64,000 nt of DNA from the human T2T-CHM13v2.0 reference genome, Homo sapiens, in NCBI RefSeq assembly GCF_009914755.1, contig NC_060928.1; one strand, 5' to 3'. The position numbers were made by a program, and so were the translations under genes. The notes beneath the pieces are model-generated. The model made no database searches. It had not been told where the DNA came from and was given only the letters and a program-made list of their open reading frames with translations. Position 1 is the stretch's first letter. Every line of letters begins with the position of its first letter. Positions 25,482 through 38,189 of the stretch are shown one piece after another.

Positions 25482-26060
25482 TGTATTACTTATCTATTGC
25501 TGTATAACAAATTGCCTGAAAACATAGTAACTAAAAATCACAAATATTTATTATCCTGCGCGGTTACTGAGGGACCCTCGGAAACTTGAGAGCAGCCTAA
25601 CTGTGTAGTTCTGGCTCAAGGTCTCTGGTGAAACTGCAGTCAAGTTGTCAGCCATGGTTGTAGGCATCTCAAAGCCTGACTGGTGGTAGATTCATTCCCA
25701 AGAACATCCCGAGGCTGTTGGCAAGCCACCGACGTTCACTGCCTATACCCCAGGGATGTCGGTTTCCTGCCTCTATGGGCTTCTCCATAGGCTGTCTGAG
25801 TGGACTCACTCCAGCCACTGGCTTCCCCCAAGGGGAAATGATGAGAGAGAGATAGGGTCAGGGAGGGGAGGAAGGCGAGGGAGAAATCCAGCCAGCACCC
25901 AAGACAGAGGCATGCTCTTTTCTACAGCCTCCTCTCAGAGGAGCTGCCTCCCCACCTGCCACATCACCCAGAAGCATTGCTAGGCGCAGCCCCGCTCCAG
26001 GGGAGGGGACTCCGTAGGGGTGTGCATCCCTGGGGCCATCTCAGAGCTGCCAGGCAGACA
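25482..26060 (-). mobile_element. MaLR LTR (MLT1F-like)
   Basis: TGTATTACTTATCTATTGCTGTATAACAAATTG...TTCTGGCTCAAGGTCTC...GGGGCCATCTCAGAG. Confidence 0.8.
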
Positions 26061-26559
26061 CTGTGATGAGGAGAATGCAGAAGGAGCAGAGAGTGTCTTC
26101 TGGCTTCAGCCCCCTCCAGCCAGGAGGAAGAGGTCAGAGACCCCACACAGTCCCTGTGGACTCCAGGTCTCACACCTGACTTAGAAAAAAGAGAAATTCT
26201 TGGGCCACACCAGGGGCTTCTTGTGATTTGCTTCTTCCTGCTGGGGCCTGAGTCCCTCTGAAGTGTTCTGTGAGTTGTGGCTGTGTTCACGTCTCTCCGT
26301 CAGCCAGACTGTGGGTGCCGTGTCCCTGAGCCTGGGCCTCCCTCCGGCCTTTTGCGATCTGTGCATTCCCTCCAGACGGCAGCTCCTCACTCCCAGGGCC
26401 CCTCTACTGGGGCACCAGCAAGGAGGGAGGCAGAGGGGCCAGGCACTGAGTAGGGGAGGGGCTGGCAGGGACCCTCTACCTGGCCCCTTGGGAAGGACAC
26501 AGACCCAGATGGAGCCTGTCCCCTCGACACCTGGCCTGGGCCCCTCCCCAGCTCTGCTG

Positions 26560-26870
26560 GAATAAATCCTCCTGTAACAACCTCCCGCTGCTGTCCCAGC
26601 GTCTGAAGAATGAACACAGCTCCCCATAACTTTCCAGGCGCTATCCGATGGGACAGTTTGTAATAAAATTGCTTCTAAAAACATATTTGCAAGTCGCCAC
26701 CACATTTTTTAAGCAGAACAATCTCTCGCAGAGGCTCTTCGTCTCCGTGATTAAGTAGCCGGCTTTCTTACATAGATTTTGCTATATGCGTCTTCACCAG
26801 GCTGAGGAAACGCTGTCTCTTCAGCGGTTTCCTTTAAAAAGTGTTTTGACGTGTGATTTACGGGGTTATC
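26560..26870. promoter_or_regulatory. Candidate enhancer island
   Basis: AT-rich non-repeat patch with GTAATAAAA (26660), TGATTAAG, TGATTTAC and TTATCT. Confidence 0.4.
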
Positions 26871-28329
26871 TGATGCGTCCTCTCCTGGAGTGGGTCAACA
26901 GTGAGGGAAGGGGTGCCCTCGGGGTGTATCTGTAAGCCAGGCTGGCTGGGCCAGGACTCACCTGAGGCTTGAGGGGTTCAGCATGTGGGGTTCAGGTCCC
27001 CTGCTCCTGGTGTCCCGCTGGCCTTCTCCCTCTCAGCCCCAGGCATCTTCCTGGGCCCTCTGCCACCCCTCCTCAGGGGAGGGAGGCAGCGGGGAGTATA
27101 GTATAGCATCTCTGCACCTAGCTGTGTCTGAGGCCACCGCTGGCCTTGGGTAACAGCGACGATCCTGCCCCTGGAGCTGGACCACGGGAGGGTCCGCGCC
27201 CTTCTCCCATGCAGTGAAGTCAGCCAGCAGTGGCCAGAACAGGCTCCAGCCCTCCGCCCACCAGCAGCCACAGGTGCCACCCACCTGGGCTAGCCCTGGG
27301 TGGAGACGCTTGCTCTCTGCAGTGTCAGGCACTGCGGCTGTTCAGGGCTGTCCTGGGCATCTAGGCAGAACCCCCCGGCACACCCACACCATGGTGGCTC
27401 TGGGGAGCGACTGGCCCCCAGTGGGTGACTGGGGTCAGACCCCGTGGCCACTGTGACCCACAGAGCTCCCACCAGGGGTCTCAGGGACACCCACCACCTG
27501 TCACTGGGTCGCTGATATTTGCTTCTGTAAAAGTGTCAGCCAGTTGAAATGAAACTTTTGTTTCTCGCCCTGTCTTCACGACATCTTCTCAGACCCCTCA
27601 CTCACTCCTGTGGGACAAAAACTGCTCCTCACAGATGAGCCCCCCACCCCCTGGCCGACAGTTAGGGCTGAGCCCAGAGACCCGGGTGTTGAGGACTGTG
27701 ATGTACGAGCGGCCCCATCCACACCAGAGGGCTGTGAACGGTCTGTCTGGGAGCAACATAGGTCCTCTGGTGGGCAGACTACACCCCTGCCTCGAGCTCA
27801 CCAGTCACAGGGGCAGTCAGTGAGCCTCTCCGGTGGCACCAGCCCCTGGACGGGCAGCACTTGGTGAATTTGAGCCTACGGCCTTTCCAGGGCTGTTGTC
27901 TGTGTGGAGGCTGTCCTAGGGAGGCCAAGCAGACCAGGCCCTCGTCCTGCCCAGCCCCTCAGCCAGCAGCACTGCCTGACTGCCCAGGACCTATGTGCAG
28001 CAAAGCTGGCCTCCTGGGGCAGCACCAGGTACCCTCTGAGTAGGGCCCCCTGGCCATGAAGCCACCTGAGGGCCCAAGGCTGAGGAGCCCCTGCCGTACT
28101 CTGCAGCTCTGGCCTGGCACCGGCCCTTCCCAGCACCCCACCTGCGAGTGTGCGCTGCACACCCATCCATGCATCTGCACACCTGTGATCCATGCGTCTG
28201 CACACCTGTGAGTGCGTCCACCCCGTGCCAACAGCAGGCAGGGAGCCGCCCTGACAACCACGGTGGGGGCACCCAAGTCTGCACTGCCGGGCAAGCTGGC
28301 CACCCACAGAGGCTGTCCTCACCCAGAGC

Positions 28330-28966
<637 letters not shown>

Positions 28967-29694
28967 ACATTAAATTGGGGTGCCACAGGGGTGTTTGGGC
29001 AAAGGCTATGTGCCTCCCTCCGCCTGGGCCAGGTCTCCAGGCTCCCGGCACCCTGGTTCCTCTCCATCCCCTCAAAGGCGGTAGTGCCTGGAGCCAGCCC
29101 TGGAGACCTCCCGGCCGGCCAGCGTAGCTGCAAAGGCTGGGGGCCAGCACCAGGCTCTTCTGGAGCCAGCATGGGCACTGACCCTGGGGCCCAAGTGGCC
29201 CTTCATGGAGTACGGGGTCTGGTTAGGGCAGAGGGTGGACAAGCAGGCACAGGGTGTCTGTGTGCCTGGGAAGGGGTGGCAAAGGCAAAGAGAACCACGG
29301 TGGAATGTACCCTGCTACAGGGGCTGGCCTGGGCCCAGCTCCCTGCAGCCTCCTACGGGCCCCTCACTCCCCTCTGCTCCCTGGGTGCCCACGATGCAGG
29401 CAGCTGGGCACGGGCTTCAGCCTCAGAGGGCCCCCGTGGGATCAGTCCAGCCTCACCACAACCACACTCCAGCAAGGGCAGGGCCACTGGGCCTGGGGGC
29501 GGCTGGAGGGGGCATGGCCACAGGCAGGCAGCCTTCCCGCTGGAGGAGGCACCACCCCACCCCACTTCGGACCCCCTTGGACAGCCCCTCCCGAGGCCCA
29601 TGACTGTAGGAGGCCTAGGGGTGGACCCTGCGGCGCCCCTGCCCACAGGCCGGCAGAGCCCCCCAGCCCTTGTTTTCCCGAGGTTGAAGTGGTT

Positions 29695-30045
29695 ACAGAT
29701 ATATTAATTATATTTCTGCCCCTTAATGGGCTGCTTACTTTATGATGTGGGGACACAAAAGTAAATTTTAAAATCAATTATACAATTACATATGTAGCAA
29801 TAACAGAGGACACAGCTAATCTTCACCGGGTCAGGACTGCAACCTTCCAATAATGCAGGTTTCATTAGGGGAAGGGCTGTTATTGCCAAGAATTACAGAA
29901 ATAATGGGAGAGGGTGTATTCAGCGAGAAGTTAACAAATGAGGCTGCTCTGGAGATAAGACGCAGAGCCGGCTGCCGGCTAGAGCCGTGGAGGCCGAGAC
30001 ATCGGGGTCACCCGCTGCTGCGGGAACAAGAATTAATTTTAGACG
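29695..30045. promoter_or_regulatory. Candidate enhancer (AT-rich, homeodomain-dense)
   Basis: ATATTAATTATAT, CAATTA twice, CTAATC, CATTAG, TTGCCAA (NFI half-site) and GAATTAATTT in non-repeat sequence. Confidence 0.55.
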
Positions 30046-31750
30046 CTTCCTTGGGGTCTGGCGGCGGGGGCTTCTGCCTAGCGGAGGGGGGGGCGAGGGG
30101 CGGGCGCGGAGTGGGGTCCCTCAGCCTCCTTCCTCTCCGCTACTGGATCCTGTCGCTGGAGGCCCCGCCGCCGGGCCCGCCCTGATGGCGCGGGTGGACC
30201 AGGGGACAGGTGGCCAGGTTGCCAGCACAGGGTAGGAGTGCGTGGGCTCGGCGAGGGCTCAAGGGCTCCTCTGCAGTCAGCGTGGGGCTGCGCCACGGCC
30301 CCGGCACCCACAAGCCACGGGGATGGTTTCCAGGGGCGGGGATCGAACCAGCGTCCAAAGCCTGGTGAGCCCAGAAGGGCGGAAGCCAGGCTCGGGGAGG
30401 GAACGGCTGGAAAGGCAGGGCGGAAAGGCTCCCTGGAAAGGCTCCCTGCACTCAGCACGGAAGCAGCTTCTGGAAAGGTCTCAGCCGCTCTGGGTCTGGC
30501 TTCAGGAGCGGGGTCCTTCCCAGCCGTCGTCACTCTGCAAAGACCCGAGCGACCCCGGGACACCAGCCCCGGCCTGTCCAGGGTGCGCGGACCCCTCCCT
30601 ACGCGGCGGCGACCCCGGGGACGCCTCTCCCTCCTCCAGCCCCTCCGAGGCCGCCCCGTGGACGCCTCTCCCCTCTCCAGCCCCTCCGAGGCCGCCCCGG
30701 GGACGCCTCTCCCCTCTCCAGCCCCGCCCAGGCCGCCCCGGGGACGCCTCTCCCCGCTCCAGCCCCTCCGAGGCCGCCCCGGGGACGCCTCTCCCCCCTC
30801 CAGCCCCTCCGAGGCCGCCCCGGGGACGCCTCTCCCCCCTCCAGCCCCGCCCAGGCCGCCCCGGGGACGCCTCTCCCCCCTCCAGCCCCGCCCAGGTTGC
30901 CCCGGGGACGCCTCTCCCCCCTTCAGCCCCTCCGAGGCCGCCCCGGGGACGCCTCTCCCCCCTCCAGCCCCTCCGAGGCCGCCCCGGGGACGCCTCTCCC
31001 CCCTCCAGCCCCGCCCAGGCCGCCCCGGGGACGCCTCTCCCCACTCCAACCCCGCCCAGGCCGCCCCGGGGACGCCTCTCCCCCCTCCAGCCCCTCCGAG
31101 GCCGCCCCGGGGACGCCTCTCCCCCCTCCAGCCCCGCCCAGGTCGCCCCGGGGACGCCTCTCCCCCCTCCAGCCCCTCCGAGGCCGCCCCGGGGACGCCT
31201 CTCCCCCCTCCAACCCCGCCCAGGCCGCCCCGGGGACGCCTCTCCCCCCTCCAACCCCGCCCAGGCCGCCCCGGGGACGCCTCTCCCCCCTCCAGCCCCT
31301 CCGAGGCCGCCCCGGGGACGCCTCTCCCCCCTCCAGCCCCTCCGAGGCCGCCCCGGGGACGCCTCTCCCCCCTCCAGCCCCTCCGAGGCCGCCCCGGGGA
31401 CGCCTCTCCCTCCAGCCTCGCCCATGCCCGGCCCCTCCCGGTGCAGCGAGGCCCGCGCTGATCCTGGTGATTCCTGCGGCCGCCGGGGCCCCGCATGCAA
31501 ATGAGCCGACGGCTCCGGCCTCTCTTTCCTCGCGCCGGCAAATAGACTCTGATAAGGGGATCTTTGTAATTACACGGAGCTACACTGGTCAATTCTGACT
31601 TTTAAATACCGCGGGGCCGAGAAAGGGAAGAAAGCGCGAACACATGTTCCCGGCGGCCGCCGCGGTGCCTTTGAATCCCGCCCCCGCCGGGGCCCCGTGG
31701 CCCGGCCGCTCTTTGTGAAGCGCTGTCGCTCCATCTCGGCGCGAGATCAT
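29950..31750. promoter_or_regulatory. CpG island containing a VNTR
   Basis: High CpG density on both sides of and inside the 41-bp VNTR. Confidence 0.7.
30613..31418. repeat. 41-bp GC-rich minisatellite, about 20 copies
   Basis: Unit GGGGACGCCTCTCCCCCCTCCAGCCCC(TCCG/GCCC)AGGCCGCCCC; unit starts at 30617+41k up to 31396. Confidence 0.97.
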
Positions 31751-31970
31751 TTCCAAATTAAATTTTATGGTCCATTACTTATCGCTCCGACACTGGTCTA
31801 ATGGAATCTTAAATGGAACTGACTTGATCTGCGTGGGGCTGGCCTCTCAGTTAAGATGTTATTTAGTTCTAATTATCAGATAATGAACTCGGGAAATTTA
31901 ATTTTTAATATTTGTATGTCAAAAGTCCATTGTGTTTTGGTGAGAGACTTTAAATTAAAAGTTAACGCGG
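31490..31970. promoter_or_regulatory. Strong candidate developmental enhancer
   Basis: ATGCAAAT (31495-31502), TGATAAG (31550), palindrome TGTAATTACA (31565-31574), CCTTTGAA (TCF-type), TTTTATGG (31763), CTAATTA and CATTGT (SOX). Confidence 0.6.
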
Positions 31971-33212
31971 GTCAAGCAACAGCCCCAGCTCATCCCTCCA
32001 AGGGCGGAGGCCACGCCAAGCCCCTGCTGGGCGCCTGTTGGCCCCCAGGACCGGCCCCCAGCTGAGTGCCCACCAGCAACTCAGAAGCCCCCCTGGTGGT
32101 CTTCTGCAGCCCCCCTGGCCCGCGAGGAAGAGCGCCCTCCTGGGCTCACAGCTGCCACTCGGGTCCCCACCTGGAAAGAGGTTGGACCCAGCGCCTACAG
32201 CAACGCCTCCCCCAGCTGTCCCCAAGACCCCCAGGGGCAGCAGACGGACACAGGAAGAAGGAAGCACCTCAGCCCCACAGCGCTTTGGGCGGACACCTTG
32301 GCTTCACAGACGAGGCACAGACAGTCCCCTTTGTCCCTGAGGTGAGGAGGAAGCTGTCTGTCCTGTCCCGATACACGGCAGGAGTGTTTCCACTGCAGGA
32401 CTCAGCAGAGGCCGCATCCGGAGGGACCAGGCCCTGCATCCTCACGGCCAGCACACAGAGCAACCCCACCAGGCTCCCCTGCAAGCCCCCCTGCAAGGCC
32501 GGCCTGTAGCTAAGGCTGCTGCTGCCACCCTGGGTTCCCCTCCACTCTTTTGGCCCCTGCCCCCCTCACCCTCATGCCCCTTGGTGTGAACACCCAAGGC
32601 CCACCTGTCCTCTGTCCCGTCACAGCCACAGGCAAGGCCTGGGGACGTCAGTGCCTTACCAGCCTCCTGCCCAAATACTTTGAGTCCAGGTCTTTCTGGG
32701 GCAAGCCAGGCTCTGTGACCTCTGCCGCATCCTGATGTGGGCCTGGACTCGCGGCTGGAAATTATCCCGACTCAGCCCAAAGTCAGGTGCCGCTTGTGCT
32801 TTGCGTGACAGAACAGGTCTCAGGGGTCTGACTGCGTCAGCAAGCACAGGGAAGCCTCCTTCCTACCCTGATCGTCATGAGGCTGGGAGAGAAGGGAGGG
32901 CCAGGGGGGCTGCAGAAGACCACCAGGAGGGCTTCCGGAGGAGGAGCCACTACCAGGGACCTGCTGGGGCCTATCTGGGTGATGCAAGAAGGCTGGCAGG
33001 CCTGGCCCCTCCCCCTCTGCCTGTGGCTGTACCAGGGTGCCCACATGGGGCAGGGATGTGCCATCTGCCCTCCATCCCTAGCACTGGGTGATGGCTTCCA
33101 CAGTGGCCACAGAGTCTGCACACACTCAAGACCACCACAGACAACCAGCCAGGAGAAATTGGGGAGTCCCCCCGGGTGTCTGCCTCAGGGTCTCCCACGT
33201 GGAGGCAAAGGT

Positions 33213-33660
33213 TGCCTAGTGTTATCAATTGTTGCATAACCAACCACCCCAAAACCTAATGTCTTAAAACCATGACAGCGTCTGTTTTGCCTACAAATCT
33301 GCACTTTGGGCAGGGCTCAGTGAGGACAGCTGGTCTCTGCTCCTCTTGATGTCACTGGGGTGACCTGGAGTCTGGGCTGGAGTCGTCCAGAGGCCCCTTC
33401 ACTCACCATCAGGTGGTCAGGCTGGCTGGGCTGGGACTGGGACCCCTGCGTGTAGCCTCACCTTGACCTGGGCTTCCTCTCAACATGGCGGCCAGGACTA
33501 GGGTAAGTTGCCGTTTATGATCCATCCTTGGAAGTCACCCAGCCTCAGCCTGCCCCATTCTTCTTCTGTTTGAAGCTTGTCCTTAAAGTCAGCTGATATT
33601 CAGTGTGGGTGGGGGAATTATACAAGACACGTCAAAGACTGTGGACGTGGTGGGGCCAGC
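33213..33660 (-). mobile_element. MaLR LTR (MLT1G/H-like)
   Basis: TTGCATAACCAACCACCCCAAAAC...TTTGGGCAGGGCTCAG...GGGCTTCCTCTCAACATGGCGG...CTTGGAAGTCAC. Confidence 0.8.
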
Positions 33661-34394
33661 TTCCCGGGATGGGGCCAGACTCAAACTCTCCTTTCTAGGG
33701 GCCTCCCTCACTTGGAACTGGGAGCCCACCCAGGCCCTCCGGGCCAATCTCCTCCCTCCATGCTTCCCACACCCACCAAATCCTGTGGATAGTGGGCTTT
33801 GCTTCACCAGACAAGCCCTTCACTTCTGCCTTGCCAGGGAAGGGTCTTGGTTCTCAGAGGAGCTGGGGTGCTCTGAGAGTGGAGTGGGGGTGTCTGCCCC
33901 TGCACTCTCCCATCCGCCTGCTGTGCCCTGTGTGTCCCCTGACGCTCAGGTGCAAGCAGTGCTGCCCTCAGTGCTATTGATCCTCACAGGGACCTCTGCT
34001 GTGGCTTCTGCTGCCTCCTCCCACACTTCCCCGTTTGAGCTCCTTGCACAGCTCTGCCATTCACCCCTGGACTCGGGCTGTGCACTTTTAAATCACCTTC
34101 CATGAGTTGGAGAAGGAACAACTTGTTTTAATCCTTCTTGCTTTTTTCAGATTTATTTTCAACATAGATTCCTCTGGTTACTGAGGGCGAGAGCAGGGGA
34201 GTCACCTTTGCCCTTCCTTCTCACGGAAGCTGTGCAGCTCTTTCCAAGTGCTGCACTGGTGGTTTCATCATGTGGCATCCACACAGCGTGTATGTTTCAG
34301 GCCCCGAGGCTCCGGGGCTCCTGCTGCAGCCTCCTTGCTGTCCCGTCAAGGGACCAACGTCTTCATTAATTCAGGATGGCACCTGCTCTGGAGC

Positions 34395-34495
34395 CGACTC
34401 CTGGCTCTGCACTTGCAACTCTGGGCAAGCCACTTAACCTCTGTTTTCCTCTGTCTAATCTGTGCATGGGGACAGTAAAAAGACCTATCACAGAA
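34395..34495 (+). mobile_element. MIR fragment
   Basis: CTGGCTCTGCACTT...CTGGGCAAGCCACTTAACCTCTG...ATGGGGACAGTAA. Confidence 0.65.
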
Positions 34496-34848
34496 GCACT
34501 GGGAGCACGTAGGAGGGGCCGCGCCAGCCGTCCTCCTGGCTTCTCATCACTGGCATTATTTCAGAAGACAGCCTTTGTCCTAACAGAAGCACTGGGAGCA
34601 CGTAGGAGGGGCCGAGCCAGCCGTCCTCCCGGCTTCTCATCACTGGCATTGTTTCAGAAGACAGCCTTTGTCCTAACAGAAGCACTGGGAGCACGTAGGA
34701 GGGGCCGCGCCAGCCGTCCTCCCGGCTTCTCATCACTGGCATTATTTCAGAAGACAGCCTTTGTCCTAACAGAAGCACTGGGAGCACGTAGGAGGGGCCG
34801 CGCCAGCCGTCCTCCCGGCTTCTCATCACTGGCATTGTTTCAGAAGAC
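34490..34848. repeat. 93-bp minisatellite, about 3.9 near-identical copies
   Basis: ACAGAAGCACTGGGAGCACG... at 34490, 34583, 34676 and 34769. Confidence 0.96.
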
Positions 34849-34849
34849 C

Positions 34850-35205
34850 CCCACCACCACCTTCGTCCCTAGGGGATACGTTCCAAGACCACCAGTGGAA
34901 GCTGGAAACCTCACATAGTAGCAATACCTGCACACTGTCTTCTCGATCTGATAATCGAAGTGGCTGCTAAGTGGCTAATGGGAAGGCAGCATCTGCGGCG
35001 TGGATCCACTGGACAAACAGATGACTCCTGTCCGGGGCAGGATGGAGCAGGCAGGTGTGAGGTTTCACTGCAGTACTCAGAACATCATGCAGTTTAAAAT
35101 TCAGAATTGTTTTATTCTGAATTTTCCATTGAACAATTTTGGACTGTGGATGACCGCGGGTAGCTGAAACTGTGGAAGGCAGAACCATGGGAAAGGAGAC
35201 TACTG
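34850..35205. mobile_element. MER44-type (Tigger family) non-autonomous DNA transposon
   Basis: GGGGATACGTTCCAAGACC near the left end; right end GACTACTG followed by TA. The length of about 350 bp fits MER44A. Confidence 0.8.
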
Positions 35206-35719
35206 TATTCATGCCAGCTTCTTGTGAGCTCCCTCCCTGTGCCACAGCCTGCCTTGGGCACCGAAGATTCAGCGCCTACAACAGGGCTGGTGGCTGCACC
35301 GTGCAGCATCCGGGAATGTCTGTCTGCTCTCTTCTGATGGGAACAGTAATTTGTGTGACATATTCTTTCCCCCCAAATGTCTCTGTGTGTAGCTCAGAGT
35401 CATTTGATATTTCAGAACACAGGGAAATCTAAGCTCATCCCAAAGTATCACAGATTTGTAGGTAATGCATGTCTTTTGTTTTTTTCCTGGCCGGCTGGCA
35501 GGAAGATTTTCCCCTCTCTATGTGGAAGAAGCGACTGAAGGCCTCCTGCCTGCCCCCGGCACCAGATTCCCCAAGGCCTGCACCAGCCCCTTCTGACTTC
35601 TGGTTGCACTTCTGGTCATTTGTGATTCTCCACATTAAATCACCTGGATTTGCCCTGTGTGGTCTCTGTCTCCTGATTGGACCCAGACTGAAACAACTTC
35701 TTCGTGACTTTTTGCTCAT

Positions 35720-38180
35720 ATTTTTAAATTGTGGTTAAATGTACGTAACATGAAATTTACCATTTTCACCCTTTTTGAGGGTACAATTCTGTGGCACTGG
35801 GTATATTCACAATGCGACACAACCATCCCCACCATCCGTCTACAGAGCTCTTTTCATCCCACACCCCTGGCACCCACCATCCCACTGTCTGTCTCTAGGA
35901 ATTTGTATATTCTAGGGACCTCATATAAATGGAATTGCACAGTATTTGTCCTTTTGTGTCTTATTTCACTAGGTATAATGTCTGCAAGGTTCACCCGTGT
36001 TGTAGCACGTGTCAGACCTTCCGTCCTGTTTAGGTTGGATAATATTTCATTGTTTATGTATACCACATTTTGTTTATCCGCTTACCCTTCGATGCGTGCG
36101 CTGTTTCCACCTCTTGGCTATTGTCAATAGTGCTGCTATGAACATGGGAGGGCAAATATCTGTCTGAATCCCTGCTTTTAATTTCTTTAAGTATGTACCA
36201 AAGGAACATACCTAGAAGTAGAATTGCTCGTTCCTGTGGTGGTTCTCGGTTTAATTTTTTAAGGAACTCTCATCATGTTTTCCACAGCACCTGCATCATT
36301 TAGCACTCCCACCAACCCGCGCTCAGGTTCTAAATGTGTCCATGTCCTCACCAACACTTATTACATTCTGTTTTTTGATAGTAGCCATCCTAACGGTGAG
36401 AACTGGTAACTCACTGTAGTTTTGATTGTCATTTCCCTAATGGCTAATGATAGAGAACTGGTAACTCACTGTAGTTTTGATTGTCATTTTGCTAATGGCT
36501 AATGATAGAGCACTGGTAACTCACTGTAGTTTTGATTGTCATTTTCCTAATGGCTAATGATAGAGCACTGGTAACTCACTGTAGTTTTGATTGTCATTTC
36601 CCTAATGGCTAATGATAGAGAACTGGTAACTCACTGTAGTTTTGATTGTCATTTTCCTAATGGCTAATGATAGAGAACTGGTAACTCACTGTAGTTTTGA
36701 TTGTCATTTTCCTAATGGCTAATGATAGAGAACTGGTAACTCACTGTAGTTTTGATTGTCATTTTCCTAATGGCTAATGATAGAGCACTGGTAACTCACT
36801 GTAGTTTTGATTGTCATTTCGCTAATGGCTAATGATAGAGCACTGGTAACTCACTGTAGTTTTGATTGTCATTTCGCTAATGGCTAATGATAGAGAACTG
36901 GTAAGTCACTGTAGTTTTGATTGTCATTTCTCTAATGGCTAATGATAGAGAACTGGTAAGTCACTGTAGTTTTGATTGTCATTTCCCTAATGGCTAATGA
37001 TAGAGAACTGGTAACTCACTGTAGTTTTGATTGTCATTTCCCTAATGGCTAATGATAGAGAACTGGTAACTCACTGTAGTTTTGATTGCATTTCCCTAAT
37101 GGCTAATGATATAAAGATTTTTTCCATGGCTTCTTGGTCACCTGTTCATCATCTTTGGAGATACGGCTATTCAAGTCCTTTGCCAGTTTTTGAATTGGGT
37201 TGTTTGTTTTGTTGTTGAGTTATAGTTCTCTACATATTCTGGATGTTAATCCCTTATCAGGTACATGATTTGCAAATATTTTCTCCCATTCTGTGGTTTA
37301 CCTTTTCACTCTCTTGATAGTGTCCTTTGAGGCACAAAAGTTTTAAAATTTGAGTAAGTTGTATTTATTTTTGCCTGTGTTTATGGTGTCATATCTGAGA
37401 AATCATTGACAAATCCAAAGATTTCTCCCTATGTTTTAAGGGTTTTATAGTTTCCCCTCTTACATTTAGGTCTTTTGTCCATTTTTACTTAGTTTTCGTA
37501 TGTGATTTAAGATCAAAGCTCCAACTTTATTCTCCGCCTATGGATATCCAGTTTTCTCAGCACCTTCTGTTGAAAAGACTGTCCTTTCTTTCCCCATTGA
37601 GTGGTCTAGACACCCTTGTCGGTCACTTGTATATCATGGCGAAAATCATTTGACCATATATGCAAGGGTTTACTCCTGTACTCTCTATTCTATTCCATTG
37701 GTTTGTCTAAATGTCTGTCTCTATGCCATTACCACACTGTTTTGATTAGATCATCTTGTAGTAAGTTTTGAAATTAGAAAGTGTGACTCCTCCAATTTTG
37801 TTATTCTTTTTCAATATTATTTTGACTATCTGAGGTCCCATGAGATTCCATATGAATTTTAGGAGGGGCTTTTCTATTTCTACAAAACATGTTGAGATTT
37901 TGATAAGGATTGCATTGACCCTGTAGATCATTTTGGGTGGTACTGTCATCATAACACTATGAAGTCTTTCAATCCATGAACATGGGCAGTCTTTTCACTT
38001 ATTTATGTCTTCTTTAATTTATTTCAGCAATGTTTTGTTGTTTTCAAAGTACAAGTCTTTCACTTCCTTGGTTACGTTTATTCCTAAGTATTTTATTCTT
38101 TCTTACACTGTTGAAAATGGAATTGCTTTCTTAATTTCATTTGTGGATTGTTCATTGTTAGTTTATAGGAATTGTCATGA
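35720..38180 (-). mobile_element. L1MB-type LINE, 3' portion of about 2.4 kb including an internal VNTR
   Basis: TTTTTAAATTGTGGTTAAA 3' terminus and extensive antisense ORF2/3'UTR words (GCTATGAACATGG, TTTGCAAATATTTTCTCCCATTCTGTGG, TTGAAAAGACTGTCC). Confidence 0.92.
36399..37111. repeat. 55-bp minisatellite, 13 copies, amplified from L1 sequence
   Basis: Unit AGAACTGGTAACTCACTGTAGTTTTGATTGTCATTTCCCTAATGGCTAATGATAG; first start 36399, last start 37059. Confidence 0.97.
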
Positions 38181-38189
38181 TTTTTTAAA

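Noticed and set aside
24163-25589. Poly-His, Met/Val, Asp/Gly and Thr/Ile ORFs
   Set aside because: Artefacts of the GAT/GGT triplet array.
30078-31598. Overlapping ORFs of 233-504 aa on both strands
   Set aside because: They are translations of the stop-free 41-bp VNTR; the same peptide cycles through all frames.
36399-37111. Regular arrays here and at 21726, 41406 and 61070 as CRISPR-like loci
   Set aside because: Units are contiguous tandem copies without unique spacers, there are no cas genes, and the DNA is primate.
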